NCBI GenBank assembly: GCA_965645245.1
Contig: OZ287075.1
Coordinates: 1,426,001 to 1,490,000 of the forward strand
From: Massalongia carnosa
Taxonomy: Eukaryota
Direction of reading: 5' to 3'
DNA: 64,000 bases
This document shows, piece by piece, positions 1 to 13,210 of this stretch (its first letter is position 1; each line of letters opens with the position of its first letter). The translations under genes and the position numbers were made by a program. The notes under the pieces were generated by a model. The model searched no databases. It was not told the DNA's origin and worked only from the letters and a program-made list of their open reading frames with translations.

Positions 1-2368
1 CGGGTAACATACTGGTCGAAAACTGGGCTTTGTGAATATGAATTAACTCATAGGAGGGCCATAAACACCTGGGTCTGAGCCCACTCGTAGGGTTGAGACA
101 GCAAGTGCTAAGCCGAGTAGGTTCAAGATGTGACCGCCTAACATCATTCAATGTCTGGAAAGTTAGTATCGAGTTCGTGGGTGCTTTTTCTGTTCTCAAT
201 GGATGATCAGATAACGGGAATCAGTCGATTTTGTTTATATTTTGCCGCAATCCCAAGTCGTGATGTCACGGCGCTGATAACGAAATTTATAGATGATGCA
301 ATTATACCAACCGCTTATGAAGATGCGACAGATATTTCGCTAAAGTCCATCAGCATAAAAGCTCATAATTTATTCAACGGCAAGGATGGTCAGACGTGCA
401 AAAGTACAAAGAACATCGAACTCACCCATCCCATATCTTTCGGTAGTGTAGGTCCATTTCAAATAAGCTCTTTCTCTAGTGCTAGCCAGCTTTCTCACGA
501 TATTCTCCTCCATTTCACGTAATTTGACTGAACGGTTTAATGAGAAGTCCTGACAGATAGATCTGCTGTATCGCAAAACTTTGCATAGAAAAGAATGCAG
601 AGCCTGACCTCAACTACAAGATTCACATTTACCGTTGCTGAAGCGGTGATAGCCCTTTTCGGACAGCATCGCTATCAATGCTATGTTCTTACCTAGCGTG
701 TTGTTTCGAGTTTTATCAAAATTGCTTTTCGGCAATGTTCAACTATCCAAAAGTAAGCTTTCGTCATGCATACCAAGAGGGATTCTTTTTTAGATCTTCG
801 AAGTAATTTACCGGCTTACCGCATACTAAGACATTTTATAACCATTCTAGGTGATGAGTGTATGCCCATAGTCTATCACATCACTGACGCCAGAAGTTAG
901 GGACACACCGGGTTGCATGCTGTAGAACCAATGGAACAGTTGCCAGGAGGAAAGGTAGCGTACGAGTACCTATGAGCATGGCGCTGCCGACAAAAAGTTT
1001 GGCAAGGACTAGAAAATTATTCCAGGGATGAAGGTAGGTTTCATATTGCAAAATAATGGCCTAGACTGGAGGGACTAGATGAAAGAAGATTTAGAAACAT
1101 TGAATTGAAATTATTATCAGTAGAGTATTCCGTACATGCGATATATAACATAGTAACGTGATGATGTTAGGACTTTCGTCTGGGCTACATCTGCGGACAT
1201 CTGTAAATGAACAAATAAAATCTTTTGCATTCAGTCTAACTAGAGCGATGAACCTCAGCAATGGTAGACAATGGTTAGAATTATGGCTCTTGTCAGCTCT
1301 CCGAGGCCTTATCTTTTGATTGCGTGCTTAACTGCTATGGCTTCCGAAGTCCAATCGCCAGCAACATCGCGGGCTCCTACAACTAGGGTTATCGTAGTAC
1401 AATATGAAGACGAGAAGACCAAGAGGTGCGTGGCAGTTTTTCAGAGACTTTTGCCACTCTGAGTCCTGGTTTCTCTTCTCTTCTTTCACAAAGGGGTTGT
1501 AGGCATATACAAGTCTCATGCAATCTTTCATGTTAGCGTGAGGACAGAACATGTTTACTTCAATAGCTCCAAATCGTCTTCAAGGAGCCAAACCTAGATT
1601 CTAAGGGGCAGAAACCGCAAGATGTGCGAAACCACCCACCCCCATCTATCCTCCCCTCTGGCTTAACCTTCCCCTATACCCATCCACTTCTCCATACCAC
1701 ACCCTGGATTAATCCTCCAACCCCTTCATATCGCTAAAGGTCTTCTTCACCTATGATCAAAACACTTAACCTACGTAGCCACATTTTCGTATATGTAATT
1801 GTTCTATAAAAACACAATGGAATCGCAGAGCTTGACGCCGAGTTCCTCATGATTGGGGGGAAGGGCAGGAGATTAAGGGTCACTTTTACGTTTCCGGGTT
1901 GGGGCGAAGTACTCTGCAGTTTCGTTAAATGCGAATTCAGTCTGTATGCCTCCTCATCCGTTACATGCTTCTCCTCGGAATATTCTTATCCTCCCAGTAA
2001 CAAATTTGGTACGCGATGCCCACTCACTGCATAGTTTGTACTTCTCTAACCACCTGTACATTAAATCTGCCCCGAAAAGAGGGCAAGCGGGAGGATTCGT
2101 TTCTTTAGGTTGATGAAGTTTGTGCAAGTCGTTTCACGAATAGAACATGTACGGGGTTTTTATTCTGTTTAATATTGATGATTTACTTGTATAGTTATCT
2201 AAGTCATTGCAAGCTGAGGGATCTTGCAGATAGGCCAACTCAAGACGGTAACATTTGATTGACAACGAGAAGTGACACTTTGCTGCCTTGCACACAATTT
2301 GGTCGTGGTTTGCCCCATGAATGCACAGCCGCCAAAGTGGACAACGAGTTATGTCATTACCAATACCG

Positions 2369-5328
2369 TTAAGCCCTCAACCCCTGCATCATGTTATGAA
2401 TCGTATCAATCACCACGGGAAAAATGCTCCCCACACTATCTGCAATTAGCGCCTCGAAATGCCGAATCGCCTCCTCCTCCGTCATCTCCAGGTGAAAGCG
2501 ATCTCGCACTTTCAACACGGCTTTGTCTGGCTCCATCCGGATATCTGGGATATTGGCGTCAATCATGAGCGCGAAAAGGTTGAGGATCAGGTTGCTCGAT
2601 TTCCGTAGCGTCGTATAGGCCGTGAAGCAATACTGCTTGAAGGCAGTGTAGTGCGGGGAGGCGGCGCCACCCATTCCTTCCACCATTTCTTTGCAGAGCT
2701 TCATCATGGGGGCAAAGGGCTTGGGATCACGGCCAAGGATATAGCCAAAGTCGGCATGAAAGAAGTGACCTATACGAAGAAAGATAGAATTAGTGTATTA
2801 TGAAGAAAGGCACTTATTCAGGACAAGTTCTGGAATTGTAACACACCGTCGGGGGCTAGAAGGAGGTTATCTAGATGCCGGTCTCCAACGCCCAGGAGGT
2901 ATGTGATCACGCAGTAGCCGGCACAGCTTTTGACAAACGTGTCCATGGTTTCTTTTCGAACCCCTAGATCTGCTTTGTCGTCTGGATTATTTGCTTTCAT
3001 ATATGCCAGGATACTTCCCCTGTATTTTGCTGAGGCTGCAGCCAAGCTCATGGATCCAATGAACTGCACTGCTCCGGCGTTGGCACTAGTGGCTAGGATG
3101 CGGTAGGGGGAAAGCTTAAGGTCCAGGTTCTCCTTCCGTAAGAGCCGATCCATAAGGGATATAATCTGAATGACTAGCTGATCTTGACGGAGGTCATCGC
3201 CGGTTTTAAAGATGATTGGGTATTTCTTACCATCTGAGGTTTTGAAATGGATGAGCAGAGGATACAACGTCGATTTGAAGACCATGGATTCTTCTGGGTA
3301 GCAGCCAACGATCGACACGCTTGGATCTAAGGGCAGCGGTAGAGGAGGATCAAACGATACTAACTCATTTGTCGGATCTGCCAGATACTTCTTCAAGCGT
3401 TGAACTTTCCGAGGTCGATCCTCTCTCGAGAAACGTATCTCCTTTGAGATCTTTGAGAGCACAGTTATGAGCTCACCTTGCCGCAGGAGTGTTTTCCGAC
3501 GCTCCGGGCCTCCGGGCATTTTTATAAGCTCCGCCATGAAGTCAAATTCGACCTTGGTGAAGAGCTTTCGATGCTCCTTAACCTGATCCGGGCTTCGATC
3601 GTCGCACTCCACCATCAGATACCAATGAAGATAATTGCCGAGCATTAGATTCTTTGTTGCACGCATGATTAGAAATCTTGCCAATGAGGAATCTCGTGTG
3701 CTACCGTCATCCGCTGGAGAGATCTTCTCAAACTTCAAAGCTTGTACTAGTTGGAGAAGGTATAATAATAACTCTTCGTCATCTGATTCCCGTAACCGAT
3801 CCACTGCATAAGCTCGGACAGCTGGGTTATCAAAAGTTGGACCCAAAAGCTCCAAGGCATCGTCTACATCGATTTCCGTCCACTTGGGCAAGAGCTGTAC
3901 AGCTTGCCGAGCTTCACCCTGATCCTGCCAAGAGACCGATTTGACGAATTTAGTCAGCGCGCGTTTGTCACGAGTGAGATGATGTCGGAATTTCCAGATT
4001 AAATCTTTCTCCTCTCCATTAAGTTCCTGTGTTGGACCATACAACATGATACCGTTAAGTTCATCTCGGATCTTCGCGTTTGGTTTGAGATCCCTGTCTA
4101 AAACCCCTGTACGATGGTTTCGGACGAGTCGTCTATGCTTGCTCTCGGCCGGATTGTCCTTGGCGCCAACTTCAGGGTCATAGACACTGATAAGTGGAGG
4201 AGCTTTCAAATCATGTTCACCTGCTTCAATACCTGCTCCATGAATGCCTGGGCCAAGTTGTACTTCCGGGGGAGGTTTTAAGTTGATATTTCCACCCGTA
4301 GGCGTTTGTTGCGCGTGAGAAGATATTGGCGGCGGAGCATATTCAAAATCCGTAAATACGACTGGGAAATCAAATTTTGGGAAGTCGATGATGAGAGTGA
4401 ATCTACCTTCTTCCCCATCCTCCGTATCAGGTGCTACATCTTCGTTAATGGCAGGCTTTGATGGGGGAGCATCATAACCATTGCTTGATTGCTGGTCTTT
4501 TGTATTTTGACTACGGCGAACTGCTTTAGATGAGATTCTTACTGCAGATTCGACCTCCTGGCGTTTCTTCTCTACTGCTTTGAAAACCAGTTGATCTAAC
4601 CAGTCCACTCGAGGAATTTCTCCCATTTCATGTTTTTTGAAAAGCTTCTCTAGTCTCTCAAGCTCATCCTCTTCATGCGTATCATAATTGGTATTATTAC
4701 TATTTTTCCCTTTCCGTTGCGGTAGTGGGGTTGAAGGGGTTGTGGTTGATGAGAAGCCATCGGCTGCCTTATGGCGGTAAATTAAACACTTCTGCCGACC
4801 CTTCTGCAAGGTATTGTCGTTATCAAAAAGGGCTACTGTTGTGCCTCCGAAAGGTATTGCATGCCCTCGAGCCCCTTTCCCACCTGTTGGTGATAAATCC
4901 CATATAGTAATCGCAAGCTGTGAAGTGAGAGGAAGCGTCGCTATAGTGAATGGTAGCTCCAGCCACTCATTCCACATGCGCGCATTTTTAAAAGAGCGAT
5001 ACGCAGTTTGTACCGGCACTGTCAGAGGCTTGGAATCTGCCCATAACTGCACCGTAACGTAAAGTTCGGAGTTGGGACTGAGATCTCGTCAGCTTCTAAT
5101 GCCGAGTGCGCAAATGATAAGATGAACTACCTGATGTTAGACCCAACATGTCGTAAATCAGGTCTTTGCAGCAACGTCGAGAAGAGGGGCGGTTTATGCT
5201 GGCCTTCTAGCGATCCTCTTCAACTGCTATCAGCGATGAGTGGGGACATCTCTTTGAGCAGGAACCAACATTCTCACATTCACAGGAAAATCCAGAGCAC
5301 TGGAGTTGGCAAAAGAGTACTCTTCCAT
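2369..5328 (-). CDS. VPS34: Class III phosphatidylinositol 3-kinase Vps34 (multi-exon)
   Basis: ATG at 5328 (MEEYSFANSS...), C2 domain, helical domain, kinase motifs IFKTGDDLRQDQL, GVGDRHLDN and HADFGYILGRDPKPF, C-terminal exon ending at 2369; short GT-AG introns join the ORF-track pieces. Confidence 0.96.
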
Positions 5329-5730
5329 GGCCTTGCTATATTGTATTTTAAAGTAGTTCTAGGGATGCATCTAGAGAATCCAAACGTGCGTTCCCTAGGT
5401 TCTCACGTGCATATGGTGCATGTGGTAACGTGAGTGACGCGTAAATGTCAGAGTAAGGCTAAACTACCTTTGGCCGTTGATTAGATCGCGACTTTTAGCG
5501 AAGCACGTGAAGACCTAAATTGTTGCCTTGGGCCGAAAACCTCTGTGGGTACCTCTCTCTTTCCACAACAGAAATCTGGTAATTTCTGATCATTAACATC
5601 TGGATATCTTAGCTCAGTGCCAAAGACCTAAATTCTTATCGTATCATCATAATACGTAACATCAGCAAACAAGGGCGATCGCTTTGCGAAAGGTATTCCT
5701 GACTCCACGAACTCTTTTAAGAATCCACGA

Positions 5731-7367
5731 ATGGCGCGCCGCGCCAATATTTCACCACCTGCTGAGAACGAAGAAGAGGAAGAAGGACAAACGAGATCTT
5801 CATTGACACAACCAAGGCAATCGCGCATCCCGAACTTGGGGTCACTCTCTCCTTCTCCAGCAGCGTCATTCTCATCCGACAAAGAGAACCGAGAAATTGC
5901 GGCAAAACCTTTACACCACGCGAATGGCAAATCAAGAACCATGCCTCCACCAAAACTGCCTACGCCAAACTCGGCGGAACCAGTGTCGCCCCATATGAAC
6001 AAGAGGAGAAAACTAAGCGAACGCGATGCACCTAATGCAAGTCAGATAGCGCATGAGAGGGAATTGAAGGAGTTAGGGAATAGCCAATTCTATGACCCAG
6101 ATCAAGATATGGATGAGCGCAGGGCAGTGCGTAAAGGCATAAGGGATTTGTCAAAAGAACTGGCTGGTGAGAACGAAGTGGAATAAGTTTGCAAAAATTA
6201 GTTGACTGACCTAGCCCCCAAGATTCACGAGCAGAGTACCTCGCCCCAGGTTCGAACGGACTTGTCAAAACACTAGAAAAAGCCAATGAGATATTTGTGT
6301 CTGTCAAGCAAACCTCTGACGCCACCTTGGACTCACGGCTACTGGTTTCAGCAGCCGATCTTTCAGCTAAAAGAACGACACAGCTTAATATAGGAGATGC
6401 CTCTCTTGGTATCGATGTGGATGACTTTGTTGGGAAGTGTATCACTTTCATGCGTCGCGGTCCCAGCGGTGGGGAGCAGCCTTCAAGGGGAAGGGGAAGA
6501 GGAAGGCAAGCTGGTAGTGAGAGAGATGAGAGTGCTGCAGAGAATAGTGCCGATGAAGGTGACGCATTTAATTGGGAATGGCTAGGTCGTCAAGCATGTT
6601 TTCCCAACAGCGTTCGGCCCCCCGTTCCTGGCTTCCTGCTGGGACCGCTCTCAGTACAAAAGAGAGCACGAAAGCAGACCCAGCGGCGAGAAAGACTGCA
6701 GAAGCGGGACCCTAATGACGCTGTTCGCCCGGAAGAGCTGAAGGCGCAGGATATGGAGAAAGTAGAAAACTCGAACCTAACGACGCTCTGCAGGAATATT
6801 CGCCAACTGCTAACGGACAGAATGGTGAGGGGCGCAGCAAAAGCCGAGCTCGAAGCCACGGAAGACATGGAAATTGATGAACTCAAAGCGCTAATGGCTA
6901 GCTCTGGGGTCGCCGATGACATGGGAATCCCCCTTTTCCAGTTCGTAATAAACCCGAAATCCTTTGGGCAAACGGTTGAGAACCTCTTCTATGTGAGCTT
7001 CCTCATCAAGGAAGGATCCGTTGGTATCGGCAGTGACAGCAACGATCTTCCCACACTTCGTGAGTTTTCCCCTCAATCTACAAAATTACTCCTTATCCCT
7101 TCTTGCCTCCGGGGAGCAAAAGAAATGAATCAACTGGATTCAATGGGCTCTTTCAAAAACTAATGCAAAGCATATACAGACGGCACCACCGCCCGCAAAG
7201 CCGCCCAGATCCAAGAAGAAGGCGTCCAGAAATACCAAGGCGTCTTCCACCTCGATTTCCAAACCTGGGAGGACCTGATCGATGCCTTTGACATCCACGA
7301 AAGTATCATCCCCCATCGGCAATCTAATGAGGTCGCCCAAGTTAGCGCGTCGGGATGGTACGGTTGA
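5731..7367 (+). CDS. NSE4: Smc5/6 kleisin subunit Nse4 (3 exons)
   Basis: FYDPDQDMDERRAVRK, VKQTSDATLDSRLLV and FVINPKSFGQTVENLFYVSFL motifs; last exon ends ...SASGWYG-TGA at 7367. Confidence 0.9.
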
Positions 7368-9638
7368 TTTTTCTGGTTCTTCACTCCACACCCCTCTGTC
7401 TTCTGTCTCCACGGTGGCAGTGGAAAGCGGCTCCCCTGTATGTGTTTATGAATTTTTGGGGGGGATTCTACCTTAGGTACTTTATTTCGATACAGGGAGG
7501 GTTTTCTCTTGTGCAAATATCCCGAGTTATGTACGTAGGTAGGCATTGTATATAAATCCTTTCAAGCAGTATCTTCTCACAAGCACATTGGGATTGGTAG
7601 AAATCTTACTATTTTATTTTCTCCAAGGCGGCTTTATGCTAAGAAGGGGGTTAGGAGGGCGGCTTTCTTGCATCGGTCTTTGCTGCGGAGGCTTAAGGTT
7701 TGGACGAGACATTTTTGATGAAAATTTTGCATACAAAGGTCTAGGGGATTCCTAGTACATTATTCGTTTGGTCAAGGCTGTGCTGTAGGTTTGAATCTAA
7801 GTTTCCACGCTTTTTGGATGCTAGTGAATAATTACCTCTCTAGGGGTGAGGGAGTTGGATGATGCGTAAAATCTGCTTTCTTTGCCACCATTTACGACTC
7901 CTGCTTCTCACTACTTCCTTCCCCCTTCCCAGCTTCGCTTCCATCACCCTTCCCAAGCTCCACTCTTACACATAGAATCTTTCAATTCCTCCATGATTTC
8001 ATTTCATTCCATATTGTATTTCTTCCCCGCTTTCGAGATTCGAGATTTGGAGTACGAGCGTTTGGTTGTTTTTGAATTATCTCGGGCAGGAGTTTCGTCA
8101 TGGATTTTCATGCATGAGGGACTCTTGGATGTTAATCAGTATATGTATTTAGATATTAATTGATTAGATCGCCTAAACTATGATCTCGTAATACACTTCC
8201 TTCTTTACTTCTTGATACGTGGATTTACAAAACCTGAAAAATTCACTTCAACTCTAATGAGTTCGCCAACGGGTCCTCTTTACCCATTCAGGTTGAGGGA
8301 TGAAAGTGAAGGAAGGGGAAAAATAGGAAAGCAGCAAGGAACAAAACGAAATGACGCGGAAGGTGAAGGACGAACTAAAAAAGGCATAATTTTGTTCTGA
8401 AGGTATGAACGAGTAAACCGGTTTTTTGCGGGTGAATTCACGTGCTTGCAAGATAGATGTATAAGCAAAATAGTAGATTGATAAATTTGATAGCTGCCAA
8501 TGGTATGCTTCCATCGCTTTCTCCAATAACGAAAAATTGTGTCTCTTGAATAGAGTATTATTTATGTTATTGCGTAGCTTTTAGTGTATTCTGAGTGAGC
8601 CTGATGTAGTGGTTATAAATCCTTGATAAGTGCTAAGAGTGGGTTTGTCCGTAATTTACTCACCTCAGCCTTCCACATCAAAGATCCCCATACTGAAGCT
8701 GAAAAGTTTATACAGCACATTACACCAATGTTGACAAAAAATGTTCAAGGCAGCAAAAACCATGCGCTTTGTCCTCGCGCCCTGGTCCTAGAGCATATTT
8801 GCTACTTATTCAAGCCGCTCAGGTCATGAGCACCGAAATAGTGGCATAATAAACTATCGCCTACTCTTCATCTCCTTTATTAATGGCTCCCTATTCTCAA
8901 ACAACGTACTTAGGAACTTGGAATAGTTCACGTAGAACGCCGGCGTGTAGGTGTGGAGAACCTCGAATCCTTCTTAAATAGTGATGAGTTGGGTGCTTTA
9001 GAATAGCACGAAGTTGGAATAAACTTCTTGTAAACAGGTTGGACAGACAAAAGACTTGAAAGAAGTAATTAAACCCCGCTTCGTACTCCTCCATACTCTG
9101 TTACAAAAGCACCTAAATCTATTTTCTTTTCGCGAATGTCTGCTAACTCCGTTAGGCTCGGGGCTTTCCACCCAAATCGTCGTAGCTGGGTATGATTTCA
9201 AACACGGACAGCTATGCCGGTAACAAGTGCACCACGGTCTTTGGTGGCTCCAATGAGTTGAACGAAAGGCTAGCATTTCAAGTAACCCCATGATTTTGCA
9301 GATCAAAGGCCTTCTCCTTTCTCCTCCAATGACTAGCCGAAGCTAGATCCTAACTGATCTTGTACTCTGTATAAACCCCTCAGGCTGAGACCCTTGGCAG
9401 TACACGAGAAGTTGCAGGGTATGGTCTGCCCATAATCTAGTTAGCTCTAGACGACGTATTACGAAGGTCCTAAGTAACGAAGAGAGAATATTTCTTAGCA
9501 TATAAGGTAAAATATTCAATCCTGTGGGAATAAAGAATGTGGAAGAGGCAGGCCTGGTTGATGTCGAACCCATTAGTGAATCTTGATATGACAGCTGGAT
9601 TTTATCGGATTTTATCAAAACCGGAGGTCACTATCTTA

Positions 9639-9650
9639 GCCTCTCTCTTT
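9639..9650. repeat. LINE target-site duplication, left copy (GCCTCTCTCTTT)
   Basis: Identical to 14968-14979; abuts the LINE 3' tail. Confidence 0.9.
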
Positions 9651-9847
9651 GATTGATTGATTTATTCTTATTCCGATATGACACCGGCCGAAGGCCGGCC
9701 CATGCGGGCTGTCTATGTTTATCATACAAGGAAAACCCTTCTTGGGAATAAAAACCCCGTAGACTACGCACTACCTCCGGAGCCTCGCTGGCAACAGGCT
9801 GCTCTCTGTGATCGTTTTTCTTTAGAATCCTTGACGAAAATGAGAAG

Positions 9848-12800
9848 TTATATCTCGTATAACATTTGCGATGCTAGTGAGAACTGTGTTAACAAGTTTG
9901 CTTTTATTATCCATGCAGTTAGCTTTTTCAGCATTTTCGACGAACGCGTAATCGTCCGGTAGTCGTGGGTGCCCAATTGTCTGAGCAGCTCATATCTGCC
10001 TTCGATTAGTCTGCAGTGTAATATGATGTGTTTGGCAGTCTGTTTCTGCCAGCCACACGAGCAAGCTGGAGTCATAGCTCCCGGAACCCGACGATTGAAC
10101 AGGAAGTTTGCCAAACCTATTTTCTCAGTGCGGATTTGCGTGGTTAGCGCGCTTTCCGCCTTCATCAAGTTGTCATGAATCTTCAATCTAGTTCTGTTGA
10201 GTGGTCCGAGCTGTGCCTCTGTTGGGTAGGGAACGCGGTCCTGATACGCCTTCCACCTGGTCTCCCAACGCTCCTTGATTCGTACTGTAATGGTCTTTGC
10301 GTGCTTTCCGATAATTCGGCGTGCCGTGATGTATTTCTCGAGACGGACAGGGTCGGGTCCTGACCAGGGTCGGGGCGGCGGCGGTATTGCGGCTGGGGCT
10401 TCGTTGTTTAGCATCTTGCTGGCCCATTCGTGTTTTAAATCTCCTAGGGTGGGGCGTTGTATTCTTTTGCGTCCTGCCTTGCCTCGTAGCTTGTTCGCTA
10501 TTGTGCTGCAGGCAGTGGTGATCAGTTTCGCTTGCCCTGAGGCCCGTAGGCGGTATCTTGCTTTCATCTGCAGATGATCCAAGTGTAGCTCCATAGGGGC
10601 GATGAAAGTTTCCGCTTCGAGAACCTCGACGGGTGTTGCTTTAAACGCTCCTGCCACAGTGCGTAGGCATTTGTTCTGCATGACACTGAGTTTGGACATC
10701 GTGGCCTTGTTTTTCTTGATTTCCTTGGGCGTGTGCCACACGGCGCTTCCGTATGTCATTGCCGGGCGGACGACAGAGGTGTAGACCTGCCGGGCCTTTG
10801 CGAAGGATGCTCCCCAGGTGGATGCCGAGATTTTTGTGAGCGCTAGCGACTGCGACGTCATCTTTTCCTGCGTCTTCCGTATATGAGCTCCCCATTTTAG
10901 TTTTGTGTCGATTTGTAGGCCCAGTACTCTTATGTCCGTTTTTGGTTCAATCAGATTGGTTTCAATTTGAATAGTGGCCGTCATGTTGAATTTCTTTGGA
11001 TTTCTTGACAAATGAATGAGTTCATATTTATCCGGTGCAAATACGGAGCCATGCCGTGTCGCCCACAATTCGCATTTCCTGTGAATTCTTTCAAGAGTTC
11101 TGCAATTTTCTTCCGTGCTTTTACCGTATGCCAACACGTTTACGTCGTCTACGAATCCCAGCGCACTCGTGTTCGTGCCGGGTCTCTGGCATATCTCTAA
11201 TAGGTCCGCGTTGTAGAACAGATACAGAATAGGGGAAATGGGCGAGCCTTGAGGAATGCCCGTGCGCACTGCGAACTCCCCGGTTGCTCGCCGATTTATT
11301 GCTAATGTGGTTTTCCTATTCTCCAGAAAGCTTGCTGTCCAGTCTGTGATCCATTTCGGAATTTTCCTTTTCCGTAGATTGTGTATTAGCCTACGGTGAG
11401 ACACCGTGTCAAACGCACCTGCCACATCCATGCTGAGTAGGGTTGCCACCTTGTCGTTGCCTTGTCCCCATACGGTGTATACCTGTTCTGTGAGAAGCTC
11501 GAGTGCGGACTCGGTGGATCGCCCTCGCCGAGCACCCATTTGCGTGTCGGGCAAGAGCCGATGCTGTTCCGCTATGTGGGTGATTTTCTTTGCGATGACC
11601 GCTTCTAGAACTTTACCCATTGTGTTCAGGAGAGCTATGGGCCGATATGCCTTTGGGCTGGTGTTGTCTTTCTTTCCCGGTTTTTTGAGCGTTATCGTGT
11701 TCGCTCTTTTGAACTCGCGAGGATGATACGCTTGCGTGACGCACGCCTGAAATAAAGGGGTTAGCAATTCTGCTAGCTTTGTAGAGCATGCCTTGAGGAT
11801 TTTGTTGGTGATCCCGTCAGGACCCGGAGCCTTGTCGGACTTGAGGCATTGTATGTTTGCGATCACTTCGTTCTTTGTGATCATCATGGGACAATCCGCG
11901 GCAGCGGGGTAGAATGACCCAGGTATGTCGCTCAGGTCCGCCGGCGGTGGTGGGGGAAAGAACTTGGCTTTCAGCATTTCCGCTTTTTCTTCGAACGTCT
12001 CCGCCGTCTGCCCTCCGTGCCTCAGTGGCGGCATTTTCGGTATCTCGCGGGGCTTCTGGCTTCTATCTTTTGCCCATCTTGCCAGCTTCCATATGCCCAG
12101 CGGCGACTCGGTGACTGCACTGATCTCTTTGCGGAATGAGAGCATTTTTGCTTTTCGGATTATCTTTTGCTTCTTGTCGTTGGACTTCATGTACGCTTTC
12201 CAGTCGTCCATGTGACGCGATGACGACCAGGAACGGCGCAATTTGCGAGTCTCACGGATGGCGCGATTGCATTCTTCGTTCCAAAAAGGTTTCGCGTATT
12301 CGCTGGGTCTGGCCCAGGGGACGGAGGCGGCTATGATTTTCTGAAGATACTCTTGGATTGTCTGAGCGTACTGGTCAATTTCCTCGGCGGAGCGGGGGTG
12401 GGTGACGGGCGGGGCGTTGCTTTCTGCCTCTCTCAGTTTCTCCATGTTCAGCAGTTTCCATGCTCTGCGCTTGACTTGCGTTAGCTGTTCACTACCGAGA
12501 AGAATGCGGGTGGAAATCGGGATGTGATCAGAGGATTGGTTCATTTCCGGTCTCGACATGCAGTGTTCTAGTCTTTCCGTCAGGAATTCCGACATAAATA
12601 CTAGGTCTATGGTGCTAAAAGAGTTCCGAGCCTCCCATGTAACGGTCCCTTTGGGCAGTGTAAGTGAGAGATCGAATTCTTCTACTATATCCAGTAGTTG
12701 GTCCGCGGCTGCGTGTTGCGTTGGCCTTGTGACTCCGTTCCAAAATGGATGGTGAAGGTTGAAATCGCCGAGGAGGACGTGCTGTGCATCTGCGGCGAGT

Positions 12801-13210
12801 TGCTGACGAACAGCCGGGAGCGTGGAGGGGCTGTCTGTGGATGAATAAGAAGACGGGGACGGGTTATACACGTTATGAATGTGCAACGTTCTCGTAACAC
12901 CGTCGGTGCTCACGTTCAATTTCAACGTGCATAGGTCTGCGGTTGGGAATTCTACTTCCCAGCTTTCCGGGTCGATTTTCTCGTTGACGTAGAAGCATAC
13001 GCGTGTGTCGCCGCCGGGGCGATATAGAAGGTGGAATCCGCTTTGGTGAGAGCTAAGAGTGGTCGGGGCGTGCGTGCTCCGCCATGGTTCCTGTATTGCT
13101 ATAACGTCGTAGTCCTGCGTGTTTGAATCTGCCAAAAGTGGTATCATTGTACTTACTCGGTCGTTTCTGACGTTGTACTGTAGTATGTTAATGGAGTTTG
13201 TGTCCTTCAT
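9848..13210 (-). CDS. LINE ORF2: APE endonuclease + reverse transcriptase + C-terminal Cys/His motif (about 1120 aa from the ATG at 13210)
   Basis: ILQYNV, IAIQEP, GDFNLHHP and SDH (APE); KAPGPDG, YRPIALL, GIPQGSPISPIL and FVDD (RT); CSCG...HIILHC. No stops or frameshifts. No RNase H motif recognised. Confidence 0.95.
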   Translation of the reverse strand: MKDTNSINILQYNVRNDRVSTMIPLLADSNTQDYDVIAIQEPWRSTHAPTTLSSHQSGFHLLYRPGGDTRVCFYVNEKIDPESWEVEFPTADLCTLKLNVSTDGVTRTLHIHNVYNPSPSSYSSTDSPSTLPAVRQQLAADAQHVLLGDFNLHHPFWNGVTRPTQHAAADQLLDIVEEFDLSLTLPKGTVTWEARNSFSTIDLVFMSEFLTERLEHCMSRPEMNQSSDHIPISTRILLGSEQLTQVKRRAWKLLNMEKLREAESNAPPVTHPRSAEEIDQYAQTIQEYLQKIIAASVPWARPSEYAKPFWNEECNRAIRETRKLRRSWSSSRHMDDWKAYMKSNDKKQKIIRKAKMLSFRKEISAVTESPLGIWKLARWAKDRSQKPREIPKMPPLRHGGQTAETFEEKAEMLKAKFFPPPPPADLSDIPGSFYPAAADCPMMITKNEVIANIQCLKSDKAPGPDGITNKILKACSTKLAELLTPLFQACVTQAYHPREFKRANTITLKKPGKKDNTSPKAYRPIALLNTMGKVLEAVIAKKITHIAEQHRLLPDTQMGARRGRSTESALELLTEQVYTVWGQGNDKVATLLSMDVAGAFDTVSHRRLIHNLRKRKIPKWITDWTASFLENRKTTLAINRRATGEFAVRTGIPQGSPISPILYLFYNADLLEICQRPGTNTSALGFVDDVNVLAYGKSTEENCRTLERIHRKCELWATRHGSVFAPDKYELIHLSRNPKKFNMTATIQIETNLIEPKTDIRVLGLQIDTKLKWGAHIRKTQEKMTSQSLALTKISASTWGASFAKARQVYTSVVRPAMTYGSAVWHTPKEIKKNKATMSKLSVMQNKCLRTVAGAFKATPVEVLEAETFIAPMELHLDHLQMKARYRLRASGQAKLITTACSTIANKLRGKAGRKRIQRPTLGDLKHEWASKMLNNEAPAAIPPPPRPWSGPDPVRLEKYITARRIIGKHAKTITVRIKERWETRWKAYQDRVPYPTEAQLGPLNRTRLKIHDNLMKAESALTTQIRTEKIGLANFLFNRRVPGAMTPACSCGWQKQTAKHIILHCRLIEGRYELLRQLGTHDYRTITRSSKMLKKLTAWIIKANLLTQFSLASQMLYEI

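Noticed and set aside
1..1100. Possible decayed minus-strand gene (ORF 151-522 looks like its antisense shadow)
   Set aside because: No recognisable motif, so no product can be assigned.
5329..5730. CACGTG and ACGCGT motifs in the VPS34/NSE4 divergent promoter (CACGTG also twice near 54800-54840)
   Set aside because: Short common motifs; plausible but not supportable from sequence alone.
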